A program made the position numbers and the translations under genes. The notes beneath the pieces were generated by a model. It saw only the letters and a list, made by a program, of their open reading frames with translations, was not told the DNA's origin and did not search any database. Positions 26,717-38,400 of a DNA stretch of 64,000 nucleotides are shown here, piece by piece (position 1 is the first letter of the stretch; each line of letters opens with the position of its first letter). Source of the stretch: Phoronis australis. Lineage: Eukaryota; Animalia; Phoronida. The stretch lies in NCBI GenBank assembly GCA_002633005.1, contig NMRA01000116.1:404474-468473 (forward strand), read 5' to 3'.

Positions 26717-29700
26717 ATGAAAGTTCCTAAGAAAGTGAGATATTTGGATAAAGTTTTCATATTCGTGTTTGTTTTCTCGGTCGCGAAGGGTGACAGTAAC
26801 CAGACGAACTCTGTCCGAATTGGATTACTCATCCCATGGGAAAGAACAGAGTACGGTGTCGAAGGACGGGTTTCCGCTGGAGCCGTCTCTGTTGCAGTCG
26901 AAGACTTTAAGTCTTTGAATTTGTTGCCCGGATATAACGTGAGCATTGAATGGCGAGATACCGCTTGCAAATGGCGACAGGCCGCCAAGAATGCAATAGA
27001 TCTTCACCAGTTGGGTGCAGATGTCCTGATAGGACCGGTTTGTCCGGAAGGCAAGTATTAATTAAAACTTTGATGAAGCCTGTTATGCTGGATAATGCAT
27101 AATGCTCGTCAGCGTGCGTGTTTGGTCTCTAAGATTGTATTCAAATCCTTCGATTATTTCCTACACCAGAAAGCAAAATTTACCATAGGAAGGGGGTTGA
27201 TTTTGCAATTGGAATAAATATTGACCCTGTTTCGAATCAAATTAAATGTGAAACTGCATTTATAAGAGTAGGTGATTTGCGTTATAACTTGCATCCTAGA
27301 GAAAACATTTTGCTGTGCTATTCTATGTACAGTGTGTACGTCACACGGATAATCTTGCGTTATCAACATATACCAAAAAATGCAATGATTCAAGGATCAC
27401 ACTAAACAGCAGATAAAACACACTTAAAAGGAGAGTCAAACTTGGGAACTTGTGTCATAACAAATATGGAAATAACGTAGCCGTTACCCAATGGTCAAGA
27501 TCAAGATTTTGGTCCACGTTCAATCTCAAACTATTCTTCTGATGAATTTTTAGAAATGATTAGTGCAGGGTACAAAAACTGTGTCTCTCAAACTAATTCT
27601 TCCATTGAATTGTTATTGGATAAATATACGAGTTGGAAAACTAATAATTAAGGAGCTAAGGGAATTGAATACATCGATTGATTGGACAATATTAGACTTG
27701 CACGTGTGTGATTGGACAATATTAGACTTGCACGTGTGTGATTGGACAATATTAGACTTGCGTGTGTGATCACGGCGGTAGTTACTGCATGCTACAGAAC
27801 TACAGAGTATTTAATGACTTAAAGTCATGCAGTTAAGAATTTAAAGTTTATCATCGAATTAGGACATTCGGCAGTTTAGCAAGTCAAACTAAATTGTGTA
27901 CGGCGTTATCACCAATGAATTAGTTCCCGTCACCAGTTAGAAAAGAGACCCACCTTTAAATACCTTAAGTTATTAACTTCTCTATAACGACAGTGACAGG
28001 AATTTATTACTTGGAATTTTCTCGCTACTAGACTTACGCAAAGTTGATGATGTATGAGCTGGTCACTGTATCAACATGTTGATAAGGTTTTTAATGAACT
28101 GTGGTCACTGTGTACATTTGACTCCTCAGTGTTATCAACATTATCATTTGACCATTATTAATATTAGTTATTTCTAATTCGAATTTTCGTAATAACTAGT
28201 TGAACGAATTAAATGAATTGACCTCATCCTCAAGATCGTCATCATTATTGCGAGGAATTAGTATTTCACTGCTGATTTTCCATCTTTCTCGTTTACTGAT
28301 TTGCATACTGTCTTTGTTGTGGTGTAACACCACGCGGATCCGGGGGGGGAGAGGTCATGGCAGGATACGATCGAAACAAACGTCGCCGATATGCCTTTTT
28401 AGGGGTCAGGACATTTCCTTCGGAAATTGAGACAGACCCACCTCTTGAGGCATCCTAAATACACCAGAGGGGTACGAGAACTCAGGAAAAACGGGTTTCT
28501 GGATAAAATGGCCATTAAATATTTTTTCATAACATATATTTGTCGTAGGCAAAACGCAGTTTTAATTACACTGGTGCTTTTAATATAGTTTCTCGATTTT
28601 GACCTATTTCAATGACATTTGTGATGTTGGTGTACTAGCACTCATAAACAAAATTCGTTGAACAACATTTGTCAACTTGACAAGTTTGAAGCTGCTATAA
28701 GCTATTTTTTGTTTCAGACCACAAACAGTTATGAAATTGGTCTCAACGAGTTTCTTACTGAGTTTTCACCTGTTTATTTCACCTAGCAGACAATACATAA
28801 AATAATACATGCGCCTGATCGCAAACTGCAGACTTTAAAAGCAGACAGTGGCCAAGAACAGAAAGCTCATCATTGCTTCAACAGTTTAGTTTGTCACGGT
28901 GGCTCACTTTATGCGACGAGCGTGGTCTGGAGCAATAACGTTCTTTCCAAGCCTATACGTGACTTCCCACCTACTGTAAGTAAGGAACAGTGCGAGACCG
29001 GAACTGCGTTCCGTAGATGTAGGAATCTCGCGAAAACACAAAACTTCGCGAGATGCCGCCATGCATCACAACACAATCACACTAGCTTTTGTTGCGAGTG
29101 TCTTAGGTCTCGGAAGTGGCCTAATTGGAAAGTTCATTTCTCCGTGACGGAACGCGGGTTTCAGTCACAGCTTTAATGGCAGAACAATCTTCCAATCTCT
29201 AAAGGTGGCATGTTCTCGGTGATTACGGTCTTGAAAAGTTCACCAATTTTCATACCAGATGAGTACAACAGTTTGAAGTCAAGCATATCATGGATTGACT
29301 CATTGTTCCTCAAACGTTGTTGTTCAACGAAAACTGAATCAAAATGCCGAATATATTGGACAGGCCCTGCTGAACACTGCAACCCAATGGATAACAATAT
29401 AAGGCGGAGACAGTGCAGACAAGATGGACGCCTTTCGTGAAAGTAACGGAGAAAATTTAGTTGCCCAGGAGTAAAAATTGAAGTAGTACTGACGATAAAT
29501 GCTGAAATGATTTCAATTTCACCAGTACACGAACCAGCTCGTTACATTATAACGAAGTACCACAAAGTGCGAGCGAATAAACTTGCTGATTAATGGCCCA
29601 AAATATCTGTCTCGAGGAGATTAAAAAACCCACTATTCGTCTATAATATCCCTGCAGAAAAACGCGTACAAAACGTAGCCGGTGAGTGTTATGGTGAAAA

Positions 29701-32406
29701 CCTTTCTGTGCATACTGTATGCTAGTCTAGTCTGCACTCGACCCGCTCTTAAGCTTATCACTTTTTGGGTAAACAAAGGCGTTCTCAATATTTCTATCAG
29801 TCAATAATCTATGTAACAAATATGAGAAAATCGCTTCTTATCACTTTTGTGACTGAAAAGCGAGGTCTACGATTAAGATAAAGTGTATTGTCACACCAAC
29901 CGGTATGAGGAAGAATTATGAAATCGCTAACCTTGGATAGGAATCAGTAAAGTTCAAACACAACGTTCGTAAAGCACGAATCTTGTACAATAAGGTAACG
30001 TGAAGAATAGCAGGGCTATGGATGCAAATCGCAATTAATTAGCGTGCCGAAGACCTTCATTATTTCAATGAATAATAGATTCTGAGGTACGTAGTCATCA
30101 GCATGCATTTTTCAGGAGCTGAAGCTATTTCATAAATGAATTTAATTTTTTACGTTTTTCGACAAAACGTTTACAGTCTGCGTTTGATAGGTGACAATAT
30201 CAACTACACACGACTCAAGCAAGACATTACTGGCTTTATAACCATCACATGGTCTAGACCCGGGGTCACATGTCTGAGCTAGAACTCCAAATTATTTTTT
30301 GATGTTTTCTTGTCATCTGCACTTCTAACTTAAGATAAGCGCCTATGATAGTGTGCAGAAATACATTGTAGTTAACATGGGTGAATGCTTACCTCACAGC
30401 CACTTCATGGGCACACCCGGAGGGGGGGGGGTGGGGGGCTCGAATGAGCCCCCAAATTTGGTGAATTGAGCAAAAGGTCCGCCTCAGTGAAACAACAAGT
30501 CCGAGTAAACGAGAAAAAGTCCACAAAATCCACGGGAAGTCGGCGCGGATACACAATTCCTGGCCCCGCTTTTTTAGTCCTCGTTGATTTCTTTCAGTAA
30601 AAGGTCCGCATAGCGAAAAATTCGAGCCCCCTATATTTTAGGCTGGGTGCGCGCATGCAGTAGTAGGACGACAAGATTGTACATTTAGTCACACGTCTAC
30701 AAAACTATATATGTATCTGAAAGAGAAGAAATTACATAAAACTGGATTTTTGACTTTATATTATTCTGTCATTTATTAGATCACGACGATGCTTTTTAAT
30801 AAAATGTAGTGAAAAAGAAAGGTACGTTCATAGCAAAACAACAGAATCCATAACATGAGGAAATTTTTTATCATACGATAAAATCTCAAAACCGCTGTTA
30901 CAGATTTTTTTCATACAAAGTCCTATTTTTGATAGCCCTTCATGTTCGATGATTAGACTCTTGATAGCGCAAGTATTACTGTCATAAGGAAAACACCAAT
31001 CGAAGTGTCTTTTAACTGGAAAAATAAGAAACTATCTACTATTCATCACCGCGATTTGAGTTTCCATGTGCGAGACTCGTGTTTGGGGGCAGGGCTTTGT
31101 GTTTGAAGGTAGGAAACTTATTCGTATTCTAGGTACGAGATTTGTAGTTTTGGGGTTTATACTCGCTCCGAGTTTGAAGGTAACATATGTTTATTCGCAT
31201 CTAATGAGTTACAAACCCTGGCAGCAAACTACAACGTCGACATAGCCGACCTCCACGTCGACATCTTCAACCACCACGTGCCAGCAGTGAATTCTCCTTT
31301 TCACGTGCTGCGATATAAACAACTCATAGTCAGGGCCTCAGATAAGATCCACATCACAAATTGTACCCATGAGTTTGAAGTTCATCAACATAGCGCCTGT
31401 CGTAGTTAATTGGTAGGGTCTTGAGCATGCATTCACTCGAATGTTATCTTTGAGCTTGCCATTCATGGGAATCAAGACCTTGTTTTACGAAGATTATACA
31501 TTGAACTCATAGGTACCCAAGGAACATGAGAAGCTTCTAGGCTTCTACTGTGACTGTGCTTTAGGTTTTCTAGACACGCAGTCCAGATTGTAATTCTTTA
31601 AAGATTTATTTCACTTTAATTTATCATTCCTTGGTTTGGACATGCTGCGGAACTGGCAATGCCAAGAAGCTTGAAAGAGTTCCACACAGGGTTCTCAAAT
31701 TCGTTCAGTGATTGTAATTCTAGTTATGCTTGTTTACAAGTGAAAGCAGGGCTTCCAACACTTGATTTTATTGAACATACTTAGGCCACGCCCACCATAG
31801 TTACAGTTGCAATGTCCGACAAACTTAAAGCAAATATGATAGAAATCCTTTGCGTACGTACTACAACACTAGCGATTCTTTACGAAATGTATCGACGACA
31901 TATCATTGAAACTGCTAGTGAGTAGGAACCAGATATGGTCCAGGGGTAAAATTAAAAGGTTACAAATGTGTTTCCTGCCGAATAACGCAGGTTGATGGTT
32001 ATTTTTGGATAGGATTGTCATCTTGAAATTATTAACTTTGGCAGAGGTATTAAACAGCAAAAGTTGTTTTATTTTTGTGATTTTATTGTAAATCACCGAC
32101 CACTAACAAAGGCTTCCAGTCAAAGTTAACTCTGAAATTGATCGACGCCAGCTGATCAAAGCCGGTTTGAAAAGGCCAAGAGTTATATCTCCTGGGTGTG
32201 CGTGAGAAAAAGAAGCGACGAATCGAAGCACTTTGGAAAATTTACTTCTCTGGAATAAGTCTTTGGGAACAAGATCTCGCGCTGTGCTGGCGTGTGAGAC
32301 GAGATGAACATTTCCAGAAATGCCGAGCTTGCTCGTGTAGCCAGCCGTGTGGGTTTACACTCCTCTCCCGTCTTCCAGAAATAGATTTCCTTTAATTATA
32401 ATAATA

Positions 32407-32465
<59 letters not shown>

Positions 32466-35400
32466 ACAAATAGATAAAAACAGAGTAGGTGTCTTTCCAG
32501 ACGCGTTAGAAACCAACATATACTTATAAATACAACAATCACAATTACTATGGAATCCCTTACATCAACAGGAAGCACTATTAACACGTTTTTCTGGAAC
32601 AAACTAGCATGCGGTCTTGGCAATCAATCGCAAATCTCTCACACTGTTAACTGACATCAAGGAGAAAAACCTTTCCACGTCATTAAATGAAGTAAAGTTG
32701 ACATTCAGTCAATTAAACAAGTCTGATCTGATTCATGCTTACTTTTGATTGGTTTTAAACGTAAACCTAAAACTGTTTTTGAAAACCTTATAATGTTTCA
32801 ACCATAGACATCTAAAATAGATGTCTATGATTTCAAGTCTGAATCCTTCGTTGAGCCTCAAAAATTTTCGAGTGTTCTCGGTCAGTTGGCACCATAATTA
32901 TACAAAACCGGCTTTCCTAAATTACCAAATCCACTGTGAAAATCCTGAGCGCTTCTCTTTGTATTGACCATCTTTCGAAAGATTATTATTTTATGTTTAT
33001 TTTTTATTTTACACTCATATTTCTAAATCGTATCAGTCATAATAAATGACCTTTATCTCGCCTATATGCCGTCTCCTTTTTATCTCTGGAAACGGAGCTT
33101 GCGACGCACCTATCGTTTTCGGGACATACGTCGAACATAAATAACCCCATCAATTACAAATGCTTATGCAGATTGTTTGGAGTCACGTGTTCTTGGACAC
33201 CATGCCTGAACTCAAAAATTGCGAATAAGACGGTGCCTGAAAGTCACGTGGTTCAACAGTCAACAGTGTCGTGGGTCACTGGTGTCAGAGATTTTAAAAG
33301 AAATACACAAAGTACTTTTGACGAAAATGCTCTGAATAAGGTTCTGTTGTACTTAATTTATGCTTTTTATCCAAACTTTATCGTGGCCAACTGTAGCGCT
33401 CAAACTGTGTGGAAATACGGCATTTGTGTCGATTATCTTGTAATAGGCCTCTTCTCATTTAATGGATCCCAGCTCTATTTCTAGCCGTGAAAGCTGTGGC
33501 CATGTTGGCTTCAGTTTGGACCACCCCTATTGTCACGTGGTTTGGACCAGGAGAACCAATGCAGTACAACAGCTTTTCAACAATGGCGAGAATGTTCGGA
33601 TCGTCGAGCAAACTGACTTCAGCCTTCATGTTGCTTCTACAGTATTTTGACTGGAAAATAATTGGCAAGATTATTTTTATTTAATTCATTTAAAGGGTAA
33701 CGCGTCATAATAAATACAACACCAAAACAATAATTAACGCGAGTAAAAAGACTACTGGCTATTTCTAATGAGTGAAACTTTAGATCTTATTTTACTGAGA
33801 GACCATTGTCCTCATTCTAGACACAGTTCTTAAAACCGTAAAGTCATATTCAGCGCCTTCTTTAAAAACCTGAAGTTGTCTGACAACCCGTAGAAAATTT
33901 TGTAGTACGGGTCTGAATGTTGCTACACTCTGTAGCAAGTTAGGTTCCCTGTACGTTTCTAACTGTCAAGTTTTGTATTTATTTAAGTTTGTAGACGCAA
34001 TACAAAACACGTTCACAAGCTACTTTAGAACCATTAGGCACCTAATGTTAACGACCAATGTGGTCCACTGGTCTTCAGTTGGTGATAGCCGTGAGTTTGT
34101 TCCCCGTGCTTGCAAGAGAGAGGCGCCGAGTGAAGCCATAGGCTATGAAGCGTGCTTTTTACCATGAAACATAGTAGCACTCGCAGTAGTACTTAAATAG
34201 ACCAGAGAGATTATACTAATCTATTGTTTATTGACTACTTGTTATTGTGGCAACAGGTATTATCATGAAGCAGAACGATCCGTGCCAAGCTGTCGTGAAC
34301 GCCATCTTACGAGAGAATGGCACTGTTACAGTCGGTAGAGTAGAGAGGTATAACGACTTTTCGCCGCACGTAACGCACATGCTGACAAACATTCAGGATC
34401 ACTCAAGAGGTAGGGGTTTTTATAGTCAGATACTTTTTTGTGGAAAATGTGCCAAGCTAGATTTCTCTGAGGCATGTCATTTATTTTTTCAAAATCTTGC
34501 GTCTTTGCTGTCTTGTATTTTTACAATGTTGTATTTCTATGATAACGTCACATTGAAATTGGCCAATATCGCAAGTGACCGTATTTTCAACGAGTAGAAA
34601 GTTACTTTCTCAAAAAGGACGAATTTACTTGATACCATTAGGAGTATATCATCAACATGTTACATGATCACTGTCTGGCCGGGATTTTGCGAGATTATCA
34701 TGTTATAATTTTCGTACTTTTCAATACGTGATTACCCTAATTATACATGACGTAACTGAGGATGTGTTCACGTTTTACCCTGTAGTTGTGTTTCTGTGCA
34801 TGCCAAAGGAAGATGTGCGCACGCTTCTTTTGGAAGCCAAGGTTCAAGACATGACGTCAGAGGAATACATGTATATCGCTTACGAAATGCCACTGACAAA
34901 CCCAACTGACGGGTTAGTTGAATCTTCGGAGGACGTCGAGTCAACTTTACCTAATTTATTGACCATTGGAGAGATGAGTGACGTCAGCAATGGAGTGAAG
35001 GTTGAGTTTGAACGCAGAGTCAAAGATCAAGTAAAGAGAAACCCATTTAATACAAGGTTAACGCCCGAAGACAAGGTAATAAACGTGAACCATTTACACA
35101 TTCACATACAGATGACAAGCTTCACAGTATAAGTAAAACAGTAAAAGATAGTGATATTTCTTCACACTAACTGTCGGACTAGATCTATTTTATTTACAAA
35201 AGTGAATGTGCATTTTTGCGACAAGCAATATATATAAATTAAATTATACTCGACCATGTATTTCTTAGTCATTAAACTTTGTTTTTCTTTATACAGGAAA
35301 CTTGCCGATCCCGCTTTTCAAATTACAGAACTTTGCGTCTGTATCACGGTATTTGTGTAGAAAGTTTTAATTATTCTTTCACACATTTTTATTTCAGTCA

Positions 35401-38400
35401 TTTGTACTGTTTCTAGGTGGATGAATATGCCCATTACTTGTATAACGCCGTGCTTCTTTACGGATACGCCGCAAACAATTCCGTGGCACAAGGAAACCTG
35501 TCGTCCAAACTCACTTTGACTTCATTCAAAAGTATGTGGTAACTAAGTTATCATTAATATTTGATATATTAGATTAACTACTATTAATATTTAACATATT
35601 AGATTAATTAGCTATTTTATCTTATTAAGATAAAATAGCTAATTAAATATATCATGCATTACCTTGCATGGATCTTGGATAAAAATGCTTTGCAGATCTG
35701 TGTTAGGGATTGTCAAAGAAATTTTCGAAATTGAATGTCTCGTGAAAAAGATCAACGCTACGTAACAAGATAATGTATAGACTATTATTACGACTTTGCT
35801 TGACTTTTTAGCTTTGGTTGGCACGTCCATTCGCATCGACGAGAAAGGAGACCGCATTCCCAAATATGCCATAAAACATTTTCAAAAGGGCGCTTGGCAG
35901 ACTGTGGCTACCATTACTGACAATGTGTTCGTTAATAAACGCGACATCCTTTGGCCAGGAGGACAAGAAAGTGCACCTAAAGATATCCCTCCATGTGGTT
36001 TTAAAGGCGACAGGTGTCCTGGTATGTTTATAAGAATAAATTGATCTGTGCGTTCCAAGACCGACCTACCGATTTCACCTCAAATACTGAGCAACGGCTT
36101 GACTGACAGCAGACGTTTTTTTATTGTACCAAGTCGCACAGACTTGTACAAACGGCACTTAGTAGGCGTGACACACCAACCTCTACAAAGTTCTATTAGA
36201 AGGCGTGTCCCAAGAATTGTGGAGGATAGGGTTGGGCACCGGCTTCCGGGGCCGGTACTTTGCCCAAAAACGAACGAAAAATACCGCTACCGAAACGAAA
36301 AGTACTCGGTGCAAAAATCGATACCTTGAAAAATGAAAGAGTGGCGGATTTAGAGGGGGTCCAAGGGGGCCATGGCCCCTCTAAAATTTTCCCAGATTCC
36401 ATTTGGCATTTCGGCATGTTCGAATGTCTGTCCGGCAAAATCCTGGGTAATACCCTGACCTGCCCCCCCCCCTCCAACTCAAAATCCTGGACCCACCCCT
36501 GGAAAGTGTGGCTGATTTATTTCCATGTTTTATTTTCCAATGCAGTCAACTATAACGTGAAACAAACCCAGTGTGGAGAAAAACTCAAGTCAGTAAACAA
36601 ACCCTGAATCTCTTGCCGACTACGTTCCTCAATCACATAGTTATTTGGCGATGAGACAGTCAAAAACCATAGCTCCAGCCCAGTAAGTATCAAAAGTTGT
36701 ACCCGACATCATTCTCAATCCTCAGTCTGAAATTTGAGGCTATGACAAAAATATCCGAGGTCTTGAGACTGAGATAGGTCGTGACGGAGGCTGGATTGTC
36801 TTTATAAACAGTACTATACTAAAGTGTTAAGCATGGTAATGACAAACAGTGTCTTTTCATAATAGTTGGAAAATGTGGTTGGCCGGCACCGACAAGATAT
36901 GGGTGGCGTTATGTGGCGATCTATGAAACAATAATAGCCGTGGAAAAGAAAAACGTGTCAGTCACAAGTCAGGAACACTAATTAATGTAACAACGAGTTA
37001 GATTCTGAAGCCTTCCTCATGATGTTCACGTGGTCATATTTCGTTCCAGGAGCGATTATTGCCATTGTACTGTCTTCAATAATAACCGTGATCCTGCTGG
37101 CTATTGGTTTGGTTATATGCAGGTATGAAACTGTGTTGTACTTCGCCCTCTCTAGTTCTCTCTCGACGTATTTCGAGCTCTTAATGAAGATACCAAACCG
37201 GCAGCTGATCACGTACTCACAAAAATGATCATTGTTGTTTCACGAGACTGACTTATTTTTTAATGGAAGTCTGCCGTGCGCCATTTTCGAATTTCTGGGT
37301 TGGCAAACCGCAAAATACTGTCGACTTTCCGACCCATTTCTTGACCTGTTGAGGGTTTGTATGTTCTTCTTAGTAAAAATGTCCTATCATGGCAAGGAAA
37401 ATTTGGAAACCGACTTTATAAGAGTAAAAGGCCAAATGCGATTTTCGTTTTTAGCTATATGAGCTAATCAGGGCGAAATACAGCTTTAATATTTCACAAC
37501 TAAACTATTACGCAATAGCACGATTTGGATGAAAATTAAACGACATCTAGACAACGAAATTGTATTTATTGTATCTCTAAATATGTAAATATGTACATTT
37601 GTGATATTTTGACGCCCAGATATTATGCTTTCTGGGCTCAATTCTTATTATTGTACATTATATTCTTTGTAATAATCATTATGTAAAAAACATGTTAGAT
37701 GTGTATCAATATAAAAACAGTCTCAGTATTTGCCTTATATCGCTCGATGAATATCTTCGACATGATGCATTCTACCTGAACGTATCACCACTCATTGACG
37801 GTAGATCCCAATGCTTGAATGAATAAATATTTAGGCGTATGTTTATCACCTTAGACGAAAGCAGCAAAAAAGAAGTGCCAAAAAGAATGCCTGGCTCGTA
37901 GACTATAGTGAGATTAGATTTCGTAAGCAGCGTGTGACTAGTTCTGCTGATCGGCCCATCACTCCTGGATCCGCCACCGGGCCTCACCCAAGAAAGAAAT
38001 TAGTGAGAACTGTAAGTATCCCTCACGGTTATCTACTTTGACATTATACCCACCTATGTTAAGTTGCCATTTAGTTACTATGTATCGTTTCATCTAGATA
38101 GGTGCGTGCCGGCATTGCCGAATCTGTAATCTGGAATCTTGTAATTTTACACGTATGTTTTACCGTTTTCCCTAAACGCACAATGTTAAACTGTAATAGG
38201 ATATGAGAAATACAACAATTTTCAAATGTATGAAAACTGTTTTTCTCTTGGAATATACTGCAGAACGCTTTTACTGTCGCATGCAATTTTTTTGTAAAAA
38301 TACGTCACGGTAGTTATTACACCATAAAGAATGACGTAACAAATACTCATTCGTAAATTATTATACACGTGATTATTCATGACAGAACAAGATTGCTATT

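Noticed and set aside
27680-27770. CRISPR-like array (also 62290-62353)
   Set aside because: Units are contiguous with no unique spacers, no cas genes are present, and the context is eukaryotic.
28900-29760. Possible decayed transposase in cyclase intron 1
   Set aside because: No recognisable motif or terminal repeats could be supported.
32347-32623. Poly-Met and poly-Ser ORFs
   Set aside because: They come from the (ATG)n microsatellite.
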